From Promethearchaeota archaeon (GTDB lineage: Archaea > Asgardarchaeota > Lokiarchaeia > Sigyniarchaeales > SOKP01): a stretch of DNA of 64,000 nucleotides. Both the position numbers and the translations under genes were made by a program. The DNA is taken from assembly GCA_016840165.1 (NCBI GenBank), contig JAEOSU010000080.1, positions 32,001-96,000 of the forward strand, given 5' to 3'. Below are positions 8,677 to 18,072 of this stretch, piece after piece. Below the pieces are notes generated by a model. That model ran no database searches and was not told where the DNA came from. It saw only the letters and a list, made by a program, of their open reading frames with translations. Position 1 is the stretch's first letter. Every line of letters begins with the position of its first letter.

Positions 8677-9789
8677 TTACCATAACAATATTTTGCCACA
8701 ATTTTTACAAGTTCCTTCATTGATTTGCTGATTTAAACACTGGTCATGGTATTGAGTTCCACATGCTTGACATTTAAAAATTTGGCCGCTATATTCTGCA
8801 AAATCATATCCACAATATCCACACTTCTTCCCATATGAAAAATCAGCACTATTAACGTCTAATTTAATAATTTGGGAAGTTCCTGTAAGTCCTACATTGG
8901 TAGTTGTTGGATCGACATATGTATTTTGATTACTAGAAAGACTGTATTGCTGGTTTGAATCAACTGATGGAGTCTCCCAGTCAGAAACATAACCTTGATT
9001 AGGAGTTTTCTTAATTCCCATTTTTAATGATATTCTTTCATCAAGAATATTAGTTAAAATTAATGCTGAAGCATATTTACCTTTTACGTTCCCTTTCTGT
9101 AAATGAGTGTGTGAAATTAGGTGAATAATACGACCTCCTGTTTTTCCATAATCGAAATAGCATAAAACTGGAGCCTCTCCCCATTTTGTTTTTATTTCCC
9201 ATGATGCAATTAAAACTTTTACAGCAACTGGATTAAGCACCTGAATTGGAAAGCTACGATTTTCGAGCCACCATCGAAATTCGGTTTTTTTTGTATTTTT
9301 TGCTGAAGGTTTATGCCATTTATCGAGCTGTATTTCTGTTAATACACCCTCTAGAAAGGGATGTTGAGGTTCAAGAATCTGACAAGCAACTACCGCATCA
9401 GCGGTACGATTTCCATTCCATCTTATAAATCCGGGAAAAATTACTTCAATAATATATTTTATTGCCCAGTCAGTAGTTATTATCCATCCTCCATGATTAT
9501 TTACATAATCACTTATTTTTGAATATGCGGAATGAGGTATCTGATCTCCAGGGCATCCAATTAGAACTACATCATAATCAGTAAGATTTTTTTTCATAAT
9601 ATGCTTTGGCTTAATTGTTTCATGGACAGCTGCATACATATGATTGACTACTTTCTCAGGTTTTTCATACCGACCTTCTACAGCAAGAATTTTTCCATGA
9701 CTTTCAACTGCTTTCACAACATCTTTTTTATCCAGAGCTTCCATTTTTCTACGTTTAACTTCTGAATAGAGATCCTTCCAACTACTCAT
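8677..9789 (-). CDS. Class I glutamine-amidotransferase-like domain fused to a C-terminal C4HC3 zinc finger
   Basis: DVVLIGCPG and GGWIITTDWA; C-terminus CGYC..CQAC...HDQC..CKNC. Confidence 0.6.
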   Translation of the reverse strand: MSSWKDLYSEVKRRKMEALDKKDVVKAVESHGKILAVEGRYEKPEKVVNHMYAAVHETIKPKHIMKKNLTDYDVVLIGCPGDQIPHSAYSKISDYVNNHGGWIITTDWAIKYIIEVIFPGFIRWNGNRTADAVVACQILEPQHPFLEGVLTEIQLDKWHKPSAKNTKKTEFRWWLENRSFPIQVLNPVAVKVLIASWEIKTKWGEAPVLCYFDYGKTGGRIIHLISHTHLQKGNVKGKYASALILTNILDERISLKMGIKKTPNQGYVSDWETPSVDSNQQYSLSSNQNTYVDPTTTNVGLTGTSQIIKLDVNSADFSYGKKCGYCGYDFAEYSGQIFKCQACGTQYHDQCLNQQINEGTCKNCGKILLW

Positions 9790-9885
9790 TTTGATGTCAA
9801 CCTTAAAGATTTTAAATTATAATTTGTTAGTTTTATAAGTAATAAAAGATAATTCCTATATATATTTTCATTTAAAGCGAGAATC

Positions 9886-11376
9886 ATGGAAGAATTAAAA
9901 CAATTAGGCAGTCCCACCGAATTCTGGGAGTATTTTTATGAAATTTCTAAAATTCCACGTTGTTCGGGCAAGGAAGAAAAAGTAAGGGAATATATTAACA
10001 ATGAAGCTAAGAAGCTTGGATTTAAAACAGAAATTGATGATGTTAAGAATCTCCTAATTAAAATTCCCGGCAAAAATGATGATACGATAACGGTAGTACT
10101 CCAAAGTCACATGGATATTGTATGTGAAAAAAATAAGGATAGTGATCATGATTTTGCGCATGATCCATTAGATTTAGAACTTATTGAATTTGAAAATGAG
10201 AAATGGGTTACTGCAAAGGGAACTACTTTAGGAGCTGATAATGGGGTTGGAATTGGGTACCAATTAGCGATCATGAAACAGATCTCTGAGAAAAAATTAA
10301 ATTTGGATAAAATTAATCTAAAACTTCTTTTTACTGTTGACGAAGAGATGGGATTAAAAGGAGCAAGTCAATTAAATCGTGAATTTGCTAAGGGAGATTA
10401 TTTAATTAATCTTGATTCTGAGGATGATAAATCTTTTACTGTAGGATGTGCAGGTGGTATCCAATTTAGAACAAGGTTTAAACTTTATTCTCGAAACTTC
10501 GTAGATGAAGAATATGTTCCATTAAAAATTCAAATAAAAGGCCTTTTAGGAGGCCATTCTGGAGTAGATATTGATAAAGGAAGAGGCCATTCTGTTAAAA
10601 TTATAACTCAAATTCTTTGGAATGTAAATAATGAATTTGAAATTAAGATAAATTCAATAAATGGAGGTAACTTATCTAATGCCATTCCAAGAGAAGCTCA
10701 AGCGATTATTCTTATAAAAAGAAACAAAAAGAAAGATTTGACTGAGTTTGTTGAACAACATTTTACGGAGATAAAAAAATTATATGATGGAATCGAACCA
10801 AACATGAAATTAGAAATTGACGAAGTAGATTTGGGTCACAATTTCAAAGTAATGGAAGAAGATTTCCAAAATAAGCTTTTAAATCTTTTTTATATGATAC
10901 CTACTGGCCCAATTTATTTTCATCCACGAATAGAAGGACTAGTTCATACATCTATGAATTTTGCAACAATAAAAAGCCAAGAGCAAGTAATAAAGATTCG
11001 TATCAGTATTAGGAGTATCAGTAATTACGATAAAGAAATTTTACATAATAAATTATTAACTCTAATGAATTTATCAAATTTGGAATATGAGACATATAAA
11101 TATGTAAAATATCCTAGTTGGCCTCCTAAATTTGATTCAAAACTAAATTCAATAGCTAAAGAAATTTATATGAATTTATATAACGAAGAGGTCGAAATAG
11201 AAGCAATTCATGCAGGTTTAGAATGCGCATACTTCAGTGATTATTTTCCTGAAATGGAGGTTATATCGTTTGGACCCGATATAAAAGGAGGGCACTCACC
11301 CGATGAAAAATTACGCGTAAAAAGTGTTCCAAAAATATGGAATATTTTAATTAATTTGCTAAATAAATTGGATTAA
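9886..11376 (+). CDS. pepD: Aminoacyl-histidine dipeptidase (M20C)
   Basis: QSHMDIVCEK, GTTLGADNG, TVDEEMG, NLDSED, HAGLEC and HSPDE motifs. Confidence 0.93.
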   Translation: MEELKQLGSPTEFWEYFYEISKIPRCSGKEEKVREYINNEAKKLGFKTEIDDVKNLLIKIPGKNDDTITVVLQSHMDIVCEKNKDSDHDFAHDPLDLELIEFENEKWVTAKGTTLGADNGVGIGYQLAIMKQISEKKLNLDKINLKLLFTVDEEMGLKGASQLNREFAKGDYLINLDSEDDKSFTVGCAGGIQFRTRFKLYSRNFVDEEYVPLKIQIKGLLGGHSGVDIDKGRGHSVKIITQILWNVNNEFEIKINSINGGNLSNAIPREAQAIILIKRNKKKDLTEFVEQHFTEIKKLYDGIEPNMKLEIDEVDLGHNFKVMEEDFQNKLLNLFYMIPTGPIYFHPRIEGLVHTSMNFATIKSQEQVIKIRISIRSISNYDKEILHNKLLTLMNLSNLEYETYKYVKYPSWPPKFDSKLNSIAKEIYMNLYNEEVEIEAIHAGLECAYFSDYFPEMEVISFGPDIKGGHSPDEKLRVKSVPKIWNILINLLNKLD

Positions 11377-11426
11377 ATTTTCTGAAAATTCTGATAAGGC
11401 GTTTTAATGAAGAATAAAATTTTAAA

Positions 11427-11999
11427 GTGAAAAATATTTATAAAATTAAGAGATATAAAATTGTTGTTATCATGGAAAAAGAATCGAAGCTTAAAATTAA
11501 ATCGGAAACTGATGAAATTCTCGGATCAGAAACTATATTTGAAAAATTAAAAGGGAAAACTCCTTGGATTTTTGGAAAAAAAATAAGAAAACCTAAACTG
11601 GTATATCCAAAGATCAAGTTACCTCGAATGGATATGCCCTTACCAGCGAGATCCTTAGTTATAATTATCGTTTATATAGCACTGTTTTTACTTCAAACCG
11701 GAATAGTATACATTGTATTTAAGGAGCCATTAGCCATCGGGGCGGATTCAAGTGGTAATCCAGTAATTCTTTATCCAAGTATTCAAGATGCTTTTATTAT
11801 TGAAAGTATTGTTGCCTCAGTATTCATATTCTTGTGCTCTGTAGGATTTGTTATGCTATATCAGGCTTCGAAATATGTCTATAATAAAAAGATTGCCATT
11901 AGAATCCTTGTATTAGGAATTCTCCTCATAATCTCTACATTTTTCGCTTTACAAGCGATGATTACCGTTAAATTAGGAGAATCTTTATTTAATGTGTAA
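11427..11999 (+). CDS. OST3/OST6-family oligosaccharyltransferase subunit, DC2/OSTC-like (true start probably the downstream ATG, MEKESK)
   Basis: Three TMs; FLLQTGIVY..EPLAIG, FIIESIVAS and terminal KL align with recalled DC2 motifs. Confidence 0.75.
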   Translation: MKNIYKIKRYKIVVIMEKESKLKIKSETDEILGSETIFEKLKGKTPWIFGKKIRKPKLVYPKIKLPRMDMPLPARSLVIIIVYIALFLLQTGIVYIVFKEPLAIGADSSGNPVILYPSIQDAFIIESIVASVFIFLCSVGFVMLYQASKYVYNKKIAIRILVLGILLIISTFFALQAMITVKLGESLFNV

Positions 12000-12016
12000 T
12001 AATAATTAAATTGGAG

Positions 12017-13168
12017 TTATTTTAATTCAATTATTTTTACTTCATCATAATCCGTTATAATTTTGTATAATCCTCTCATTTCCTTATCCAAATCAGAATC
12101 TCTTGAATCAATCCAAAGAAACTTATTGGGAATACTTAGGAGTTTAGCTTTGGTTGCAATAATTATGATATTACTTAAAGATATACGTTTGAGGATTTTT
12201 GGTGTAAATTGAAGATTTCCTCTTCCAAATAAAAATCCTTGTCTCCCGATAATCGAGACAATAATCTTAATTGGTCGATTTTTCACATAGTTTAAAATCT
12301 GGTTTTCGTTTAAGTCATATGCAATTATTTTTTTGTTATAAAGTAAATCTACTCCTAATAATGTTTTTTGAACACCCAATTTATCTGTTATTGCCTTAAC
12401 AGTTGTTCCAGGTCCTAATAAATAATATGTTTCTTTTTCAAGATCTTCAATAATTTTATCAGCAATTCTTTCTTGATTATTTTGGTCAGTATCTGGTGAG
12501 CCCAATTTCGAATATTGGCAAAATTCGGGTGAGTGTGGCGTAAGGAGATACCCATATAATATGGAGACAAGTTCTCCCTTTCTATATGCTTCTTCATCTA
12601 TATCTAAGACTTCAGATTTAGTTAATGATAATTGATCCCATAAAAATTGTACTACTATATTAGCAGCAGCAGTAGGATTTATTGCAAAAACACTAGAATA
12701 GATTTTCACCCCCGATGGTATACCTAAACAAGGTCTATTGTCCCCAATTACATCCAAAATGTCTCGCGCTGTACCATCTCCTCCTACAAACAGAATAAGG
12801 TTCACATCTTTCATTGTTTTTATTATTTTGGTCGCTCTCTTAGTATGCTCTGAATTTGTGTCATAAATTCCATTTCCTTTATTAAAAATGGAATCAGATA
12901 TAAGTTCATAAGCGAAATTAAACTTTTTGATTGAATTCTCACCCATATATCCAGGGCAAGTTATAAATTTAATTTTCGATTCAAAACCCTCGAGAGCTTG
13001 TAAGAATATATCTGTTCTCTTGTAAGCATTAGGTTTTCCCCCTAGTTCTATTGCTTTTTTGAGAATATCCTTACCATCAGTTCCTTTTAAACCTACTGAG
13101 CCACCCATTCCTGAAATCGGGTTGACTATCAATCCTAAGATGAATTTATTTGGATTTGACATTTTCAT
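12017..13168 (-). CDS. ATP-NAD kinase/AcoX-like protein (COG3199 type)
   Basis: VNPISGMGGSVGLKGTDG, GGDGTARD, GIPSGVKIYSSVFA and GFLFGRGNLQ motifs. Confidence 0.88.
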   Translation of the reverse strand: MKMSNPNKFILGLIVNPISGMGGSVGLKGTDGKDILKKAIELGGKPNAYKRTDIFLQALEGFESKIKFITCPGYMGENSIKKFNFAYELISDSIFNKGNGIYDTNSEHTKRATKIIKTMKDVNLILFVGGDGTARDILDVIGDNRPCLGIPSGVKIYSSVFAINPTAAANIVVQFLWDQLSLTKSEVLDIDEEAYRKGELVSILYGYLLTPHSPEFCQYSKLGSPDTDQNNQERIADKIIEDLEKETYYLLGPGTTVKAITDKLGVQKTLLGVDLLYNKKIIAYDLNENQILNYVKNRPIKIIVSIIGRQGFLFGRGNLQFTPKILKRISLSNIIIIATKAKLLSIPNKFLWIDSRDSDLDKEMRGLYKIITDYDEVKIIELK

Positions 13169-13211
13169 TAAAAATAAAAAAAAGAAAAATTTGTGAAAAG
13201 ATTAAGTAGCC

Positions 13212-13625
13212 TTACTTTTGCGTTTCACAAAAAGCATCATAATCGGCTGCGTTATGTAAATTAGCTTTTTCTGCGTCCCAATTTGAAGGTTCAATTATAT
13301 ATAACCAAGTTTCAAAGGGAGCTTCATTGAGCTTTTCTGGTTCATCCATTAAATCACTATTAACTTCTTTTACCGTTCCAGACACAGGACTATAAATATC
13401 GCCAACGGCTTTACTGGATTCAACAGTTGCATCAATTGGATCAGATGATGGCTCATCGCCGTCCATCTTAACTTGAGTTAATTCCGCTCCTTCAAGAGCA
13501 TCAACATCAACAAATGAAATTTCACCGAGTGCTTCAGCCGCAAATGCGGTAATTCCAACTTTACCCGATGAAGGGTCAAACCATTGATGAGTTTTAGTAT
13601 AGAAATAATTTCCAGGTGATCCCAT
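13212..13625 (-). CDS. gcvH: Glycine cleavage H-like lipoyl carrier protein
   Basis: YTKTHQW, VGITAFA, VESSKAVGDIYSPVSG (lipoyl Lys), PEKLNEAP..W. Confidence 0.9.
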   Translation of the reverse strand: MGSPGNYFYTKTHQWFDPSSGKVGITAFAAEALGEISFVDVDALEGAELTQVKMDGDEPSSDPIDATVESSKAVGDIYSPVSGTVKEVNSDLMDEPEKLNEAPFETWLYIIEPSNWDAEKANLHNAADYDAFCETQK

Positions 13626-13759
13626 TCTTTTTTCACTTCTTAGATTTTAATTTTTTTAAAATTTAATAATAATTGAATTAATTGATAATTTTAATTAATT
13701 ATATAATAGATTTAAAATTTTTTTATTGAAGAATAATTTTCATAGAAAAAAGGAGTCAA

Positions 13760-14590
13760 TTGGTTATATTGATAAGAAGAAAGGTAAATTTCTATGATGA
13801 GTTTAAGGGATGGTACAATACTATTAGCAAAGATTTTAATTATGATGCTCAAAAAGATAGTTTTGCTCGAGATTATTTATCTAATATGATTATGAAAAAA
13901 AATAATTGGAACCTAGAAACTGTCCTCTCATCATTTCAAGACGATTTATTAAAAAAAGAATTTATTTTAGTTTATGGATGTGGACCATCACTTGAAATGA
14001 CATTAGATTTTCTTTTAAGAAATAATGTAGACCTGAATAGTGAAAAAATTTTTAATATTGCCGCAGATGGAGCATCTAGATTATTAAAAGAAAGATATAT
14101 AAAGATAGAGGCAATATTTAGTGATTTAGATGGAATAACGACAAATGAATTTATTTATCCAAATTTCATTGTAGTACATGCGCATGGAGATAATATAGAA
14201 AAGCTTAAAAGATTTGAAAATGAAATACTTGAATTCGAAAAAATTATCTTTACTTGTCAAGTTGAGCCTAATGACTATGTAATCAATCATGGAGGTTTTA
14301 CTGATGGTGATAGAATACTTTTTTTCTTGCGCTCATTGTTAATACCTTTTCATAGAATCTTCCTGATTGGTATGGACTTTATGAACAAAGTGGGAAAGTA
14401 TAGTAAAGTTGGATTTCAAAAAAGTCAAAAAGCAAGTAAGAGTAAACAAAAAAAGCTCAGATATGCAGCTAAACTTATTGATTGGTTAGATGAGTATATT
14501 GAGAATGAAATTTGTTATGTAAATTCACAAAAAACTTCTAAGAGATATAAAAATTTAGATTTAGTACAATTTTTAAAAGAGTTTAAATAG
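13760..14590 (+). CDS. mptE: 6-hydroxymethyl-7,8-dihydropterin pyrophosphokinase MptE-like (DUF115)
   Basis: GCGPSL, ADGA, SDLDG, VHAHGDN, GGFTDGDR and GMDF motifs. Confidence 0.85.
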   Translation: MVILIRRKVNFYDEFKGWYNTISKDFNYDAQKDSFARDYLSNMIMKKNNWNLETVLSSFQDDLLKKEFILVYGCGPSLEMTLDFLLRNNVDLNSEKIFNIAADGASRLLKERYIKIEAIFSDLDGITTNEFIYPNFIVVHAHGDNIEKLKRFENEILEFEKIIFTCQVEPNDYVINHGGFTDGDRILFFLRSLLIPFHRIFLIGMDFMNKVGKYSKVGFQKSQKASKSKQKKLRYAAKLIDWLDEYIENEICYVNSQKTSKRYKNLDLVQFLKEFK

Positions 14591-14599
14591 ATAGGATAT

Positions 14600-15394
14600 T
14601 CAAATTTTATAATCTACTATACCATTATCCGTTAATCTATAAAGTACCTTCTTTTCTGGAAGATATAACGAATTTACTACATGAATATAACCGAAATCTT
14701 TTTCTTTATAGCTTAAGTAAAGATATTCCGAAAAATAATGATTTAGAAATTGATTACCAACGGGTTTTTCTTTAATTAGCGCATTTTTATTAAATATTGG
14801 AGATATTTGAGCAGTAGCTATGGTAATTAAATTGAACTCTCTAGTAAGTGAATTTAATTTCTCTATAATCTTTAAAAAGTTAGATTTTGCCTTTTGAAAA
14901 GAGGTAAGGTCGTTCCCTTGTTCTAAACGATAATAATTGTTAATTGAGTCAATAAGAAGTACTTTAATATCTGATTTATGAATAGTTTTTCTGAGGCTAT
15001 TGAGTTTTAATAAGAAGACATCATTGCTCATTATTTTTGATACTAAAATCGTCTTTAATATTTTATTAAAATTTAAACCTTGGGAATTTGCTAATTGTTT
15101 TATCCTTTCTGGTCTAAAGGTATTTTCTGTATCAAAATAAATGACGTTAAAATTATTTCTATACGCTTGAATACATAATTGGTGGCATAATTGTGTTTTT
15201 CCTGTCTTATATGATCCAAAAATTAAATACAAAGTTTTTGAATGAAATCCCTTATCTAAGATATTATCTATGTTTTTTGAGCCAGTATTTAAAAAAAAGG
15301 AATTTTTCTCTTCCTTTCGAATTTCTTCACCAATTTTATCAAGGATAAAAAGTTGATTTTTATTGATCTTAGATGAGTTGATAAATTCTCTCAT
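14600..15394 (-). CDS. RadA/Rad51 paralogue lacking the N-terminal HhH domain
   Basis: Walker A GSYKTGKTQLCHQLC, FDTENTFRPERI and Walker B LLIDS. Confidence 0.85.
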   Translation of the reverse strand: MREFINSSKINKNQLFILDKIGEEIRKEEKNSFFLNTGSKNIDNILDKGFHSKTLYLIFGSYKTGKTQLCHQLCIQAYRNNFNVIYFDTENTFRPERIKQLANSQGLNFNKILKTILVSKIMSNDVFLLKLNSLRKTIHKSDIKVLLIDSINNYYRLEQGNDLTSFQKAKSNFLKIIEKLNSLTREFNLITIATAQISPIFNKNALIKEKPVGNQFLNHYFSEYLYLSYKEKDFGYIHVVNSLYLPEKKVLYRLTDNGIVDYKI

Positions 15395-15561
15395 TGTATA
15401 AAAATAATAATCTTATTAACTAATAAAAAGAAACTCACAATAATATATTTATATTAAATTGACCCATAAATCGAAAAATTAATTTGAAATTAAACATAAT
15501 TTTGAAATTGTATTGGTTTTCATAAACCCTAGAATTTTAGAAAAAAATAAACTTTTTAACG

Positions 15562-16173
15562 ATGGCTAAGAAAAAAAAAGAAGTGTGTCAATATTGCGGT
15601 AAATCGTTTGTATATCTCAGCCGCCATAAATGTAAAGTAAAAGATAGAATCGAAGGTAGTGAAGAATCGGATAAATCAGAATCGGAGAGAAGAATTGAGA
15701 GAATTGAAGAGTGGAAAAAAGATTTCAGCCGGAATCTTAAGAAAGATGAGAAAAAGATATTAGATATTATCAGAAAACATAAAAAAATATTTTTTAAAGA
15801 TTTAATGGCAATATCGGGTAAAAATCGTAATGAATTAGATAATATAATTGATATTTTATCACTTCAGTCTAAAATAAAAGTAACACGAGAATTAGTGGAT
15901 GCATCATGGACAAAACATATTTCTTATATTGAGGAGATCGATGTTCAGGTAAAAGATATAAAAATTGACAAATCAGATAAAAATTTTATCATTGAGATGT
16001 TCTCTTATCAACCATGTTTGATATGTCCTTTTGCAAATAAATGTAATGAAACCAATATGGATAATCTAAATCCACATCAATGTATTTGGTTAACTGAATG
16101 GATTTATGCATTAATGAAAGGAGAGAAGTATCGTATTAATTTTGATGAGATTGAAACTGAATCTTATGAATGA
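15562..16173 (+). CDS. TFEbeta/RPC34-like protein: N-terminal zinc finger, winged helix and C-terminal Fe-S motif
   Basis: C-terminal PCLICPFANKC...NPHQCIWLTEW matches the RPC34/RPC39 4Fe-4S motif PCxxCPxxxxC..PxxCxYxxEW. Confidence 0.75.
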   Translation: MAKKKKEVCQYCGKSFVYLSRHKCKVKDRIEGSEESDKSESERRIERIEEWKKDFSRNLKKDEKKILDIIRKHKKIFFKDLMAISGKNRNELDNIIDILSLQSKIKVTRELVDASWTKHISYIEEIDVQVKDIKIDKSDKNFIIEMFSYQPCLICPFANKCNETNMDNLNPHQCIWLTEWIYALMKGEKYRINFDEIETESYE

Positions 16174-16174
16174 T

Positions 16175-16819
16175 TCATTTTTTATTTAATCCAATGATAT
16201 AAATTTCGTTACTTTTCTTACTAGAAGCTGTTGGTTTATAGCTTTTAATAAAATGAAATTTATCTTTCATAGATCGATGTACTCGTTTAAAATCTTCACC
16301 TTGAAAAATTTTAATGACAAAATTTCCCTTGCTTTTCAATAAATATATGGTGTCAAGAATCTTTAAACATAAATTGGCTTGTTTTACTTGATCACTAAAC
16401 TTATTACCGGATTTTTTGATACTGGCATCTGAGAGTATCAGATCAAATTTATCTCCAGCAAGATAATTTTGAATAGCCTCTATAGCTGAAATTTTTGTAA
16501 TTTCTAATCTCATAATGTCGACATGTTCAATTGGACTAATTTTTTTAAGATCGACCCCCAATATCTTATAATCCTTACGATGATAATGGTTATCTTGATA
16601 CTTTATGAGGTTTTCTTCGGCAAATTTCTTTGCAACTTGTAACCATGAACCAGGAGCACTTCCAATATCTAAGATATAAAAGGCTCTTTTGAAGATATTA
16701 TATTTTTTTTGAATATCAAAGAGTTTATAAGCAGAACGGGCTCTATAGCCTTGCTTTTTCGCTTTTGTATAAAATTGTTCGTTTTTATGATTTGTTGTAT
16801 TCTTATCCATCTGCAACAC
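16175..16819 (-). CDS. rlmE: 23S rRNA Um2552 2'-O-methyltransferase (FtsJ/RrmJ)
   Basis: GYRARSAYKL, DIGSAPGSWLQ, LSDAS, KIFQG and SNEIY (K-D-K-E tetrad). Confidence 0.93.
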   Translation of the reverse strand: MLQMDKNTTNHKNEQFYTKAKKQGYRARSAYKLFDIQKKYNIFKRAFYILDIGSAPGSWLQVAKKFAEENLIKYQDNHYHRKDYKILGVDLKKISPIEHVDIMRLEITKISAIEAIQNYLAGDKFDLILSDASIKKSGNKFSDQVKQANLCLKILDTIYLLKSKGNFVIKIFQGEDFKRVHRSMKDKFHFIKSYKPTASSKKSNEIYIIGLNKK

Positions 16820-16827
16820 TTAATTGT

Positions 16828-18048
16828 TTATTTTTTTGATAAGTCAAATAAAAGATTTTTTAATTCGGATAAATTAATATTACTCTTGATGGCTAAATTA
16901 TCAAAATGTGTTCTTGATGCCGTAAATTTCTTTTTATCAATAGCCTTAATGATTTCATCTAGTTTCGGAACAAAAGGTAATTTTAATTCTTGACATAACT
17001 TATGAATATTATAATAAAATGGGGGCATTTTTACCTCTTCTAAAGCATAACTGAGCTTTTTATCGATTACTTTTTTATTAATATAATTTTGTTGTTTATT
17101 TAAAGAAAGGAGGAGTCTAAGAAAGTCCTCATTATGTAATTCTCCAATCCAGAGGGGTCCTGCATATTTTAATGCTTTAGATCCTTTACATGATGGACAA
17201 TATTTAGGTATCTGTAAAATGTCGTCTGAAAAAGAAGACCGATACCCACACGACGTGCAATGGAGAATATATCCATAATTGGAGAAGTTATGTATGATTT
17301 CTTTTTTCTTTTTTACAGTAGAAATAAAAACTCTTAAAAAGTGATTTGAATAAAAGCTAAGGAGTGGAATTATACCTAGATTGTTAATATTTGCTAACCG
17401 AGAAATGAAATAAACTAAGATTCGCGCTCCAATTTCTTTACAATATTCAGTATGGAGAGGTTTTGACATATATTTTCGTATACAAACGTTTGGTTTTACT
17501 CCAAATAACACAGCGGTATCTGTAGCGGTTAAGCACAACAAGCCATCTTTTTTTTTAATAGCTTTAAACGCCATATCAATATATGAATTAGGTGTTCCAA
17601 ATGGATCAATGGATATTATGTCTGCCCTTTTAAACGTATTATTAGAATGATCTTGATTGTGAAATTCGGAAAATAAAGAATTTGCATCCTTTTGAGAAAC
17701 ATTTACCTTTGAAGCATCAATTGCATTTAATTTAATGTTTCTTTTAATGAGATCAATTGCCAAAGGATTAATATCATTGATATACACTTTGCTTAATTCT
17801 TCATGCTCTTTTAGCAATCTTATAGATGTGATTCCAGAAGCTGCCATTGAGTCGATAAAATTGAAAGTGAGTAAATTATATATATTCTTGTATGCCCCTA
17901 CTACTAAACTCGTGATATCCCGATTTAAAATCATTTTTTCATTATAAAAAACATTCATGGATTTTGAAGGTATTTTAACTGAATCTTGTTTGTAAATGAA
18001 AAATTCTACAGATGCTTCTCTCTTCTTAATTAGCTTATTTTCTATCAT
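16828..18048 (-). CDS. trm1: tRNA (guanine-26-N2)-dimethyltransferase
   Basis: VFYNEKMILNRD, IDPFGTP, LTATD, GPLWIGEL and ASRTHF motifs; zinc ribbon. Confidence 0.93.
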   Translation of the reverse strand: MIENKLIKKREASVEFFIYKQDSVKIPSKSMNVFYNEKMILNRDITSLVVGAYKNIYNLLTFNFIDSMAASGITSIRLLKEHEELSKVYINDINPLAIDLIKRNIKLNAIDASKVNVSQKDANSLFSEFHNQDHSNNTFKRADIISIDPFGTPNSYIDMAFKAIKKKDGLLCLTATDTAVLFGVKPNVCIRKYMSKPLHTEYCKEIGARILVYFISRLANINNLGIIPLLSFYSNHFLRVFISTVKKKKEIIHNFSNYGYILHCTSCGYRSSFSDDILQIPKYCPSCKGSKALKYAGPLWIGELHNEDFLRLLLSLNKQQNYINKKVIDKKLSYALEEVKMPPFYYNIHKLCQELKLPFVPKLDEIIKAIDKKKFTASRTHFDNLAIKSNINLSELKNLLFDLSKK

Positions 18049-18072
18049 ACTAATATATAATTAAGTGCTATT

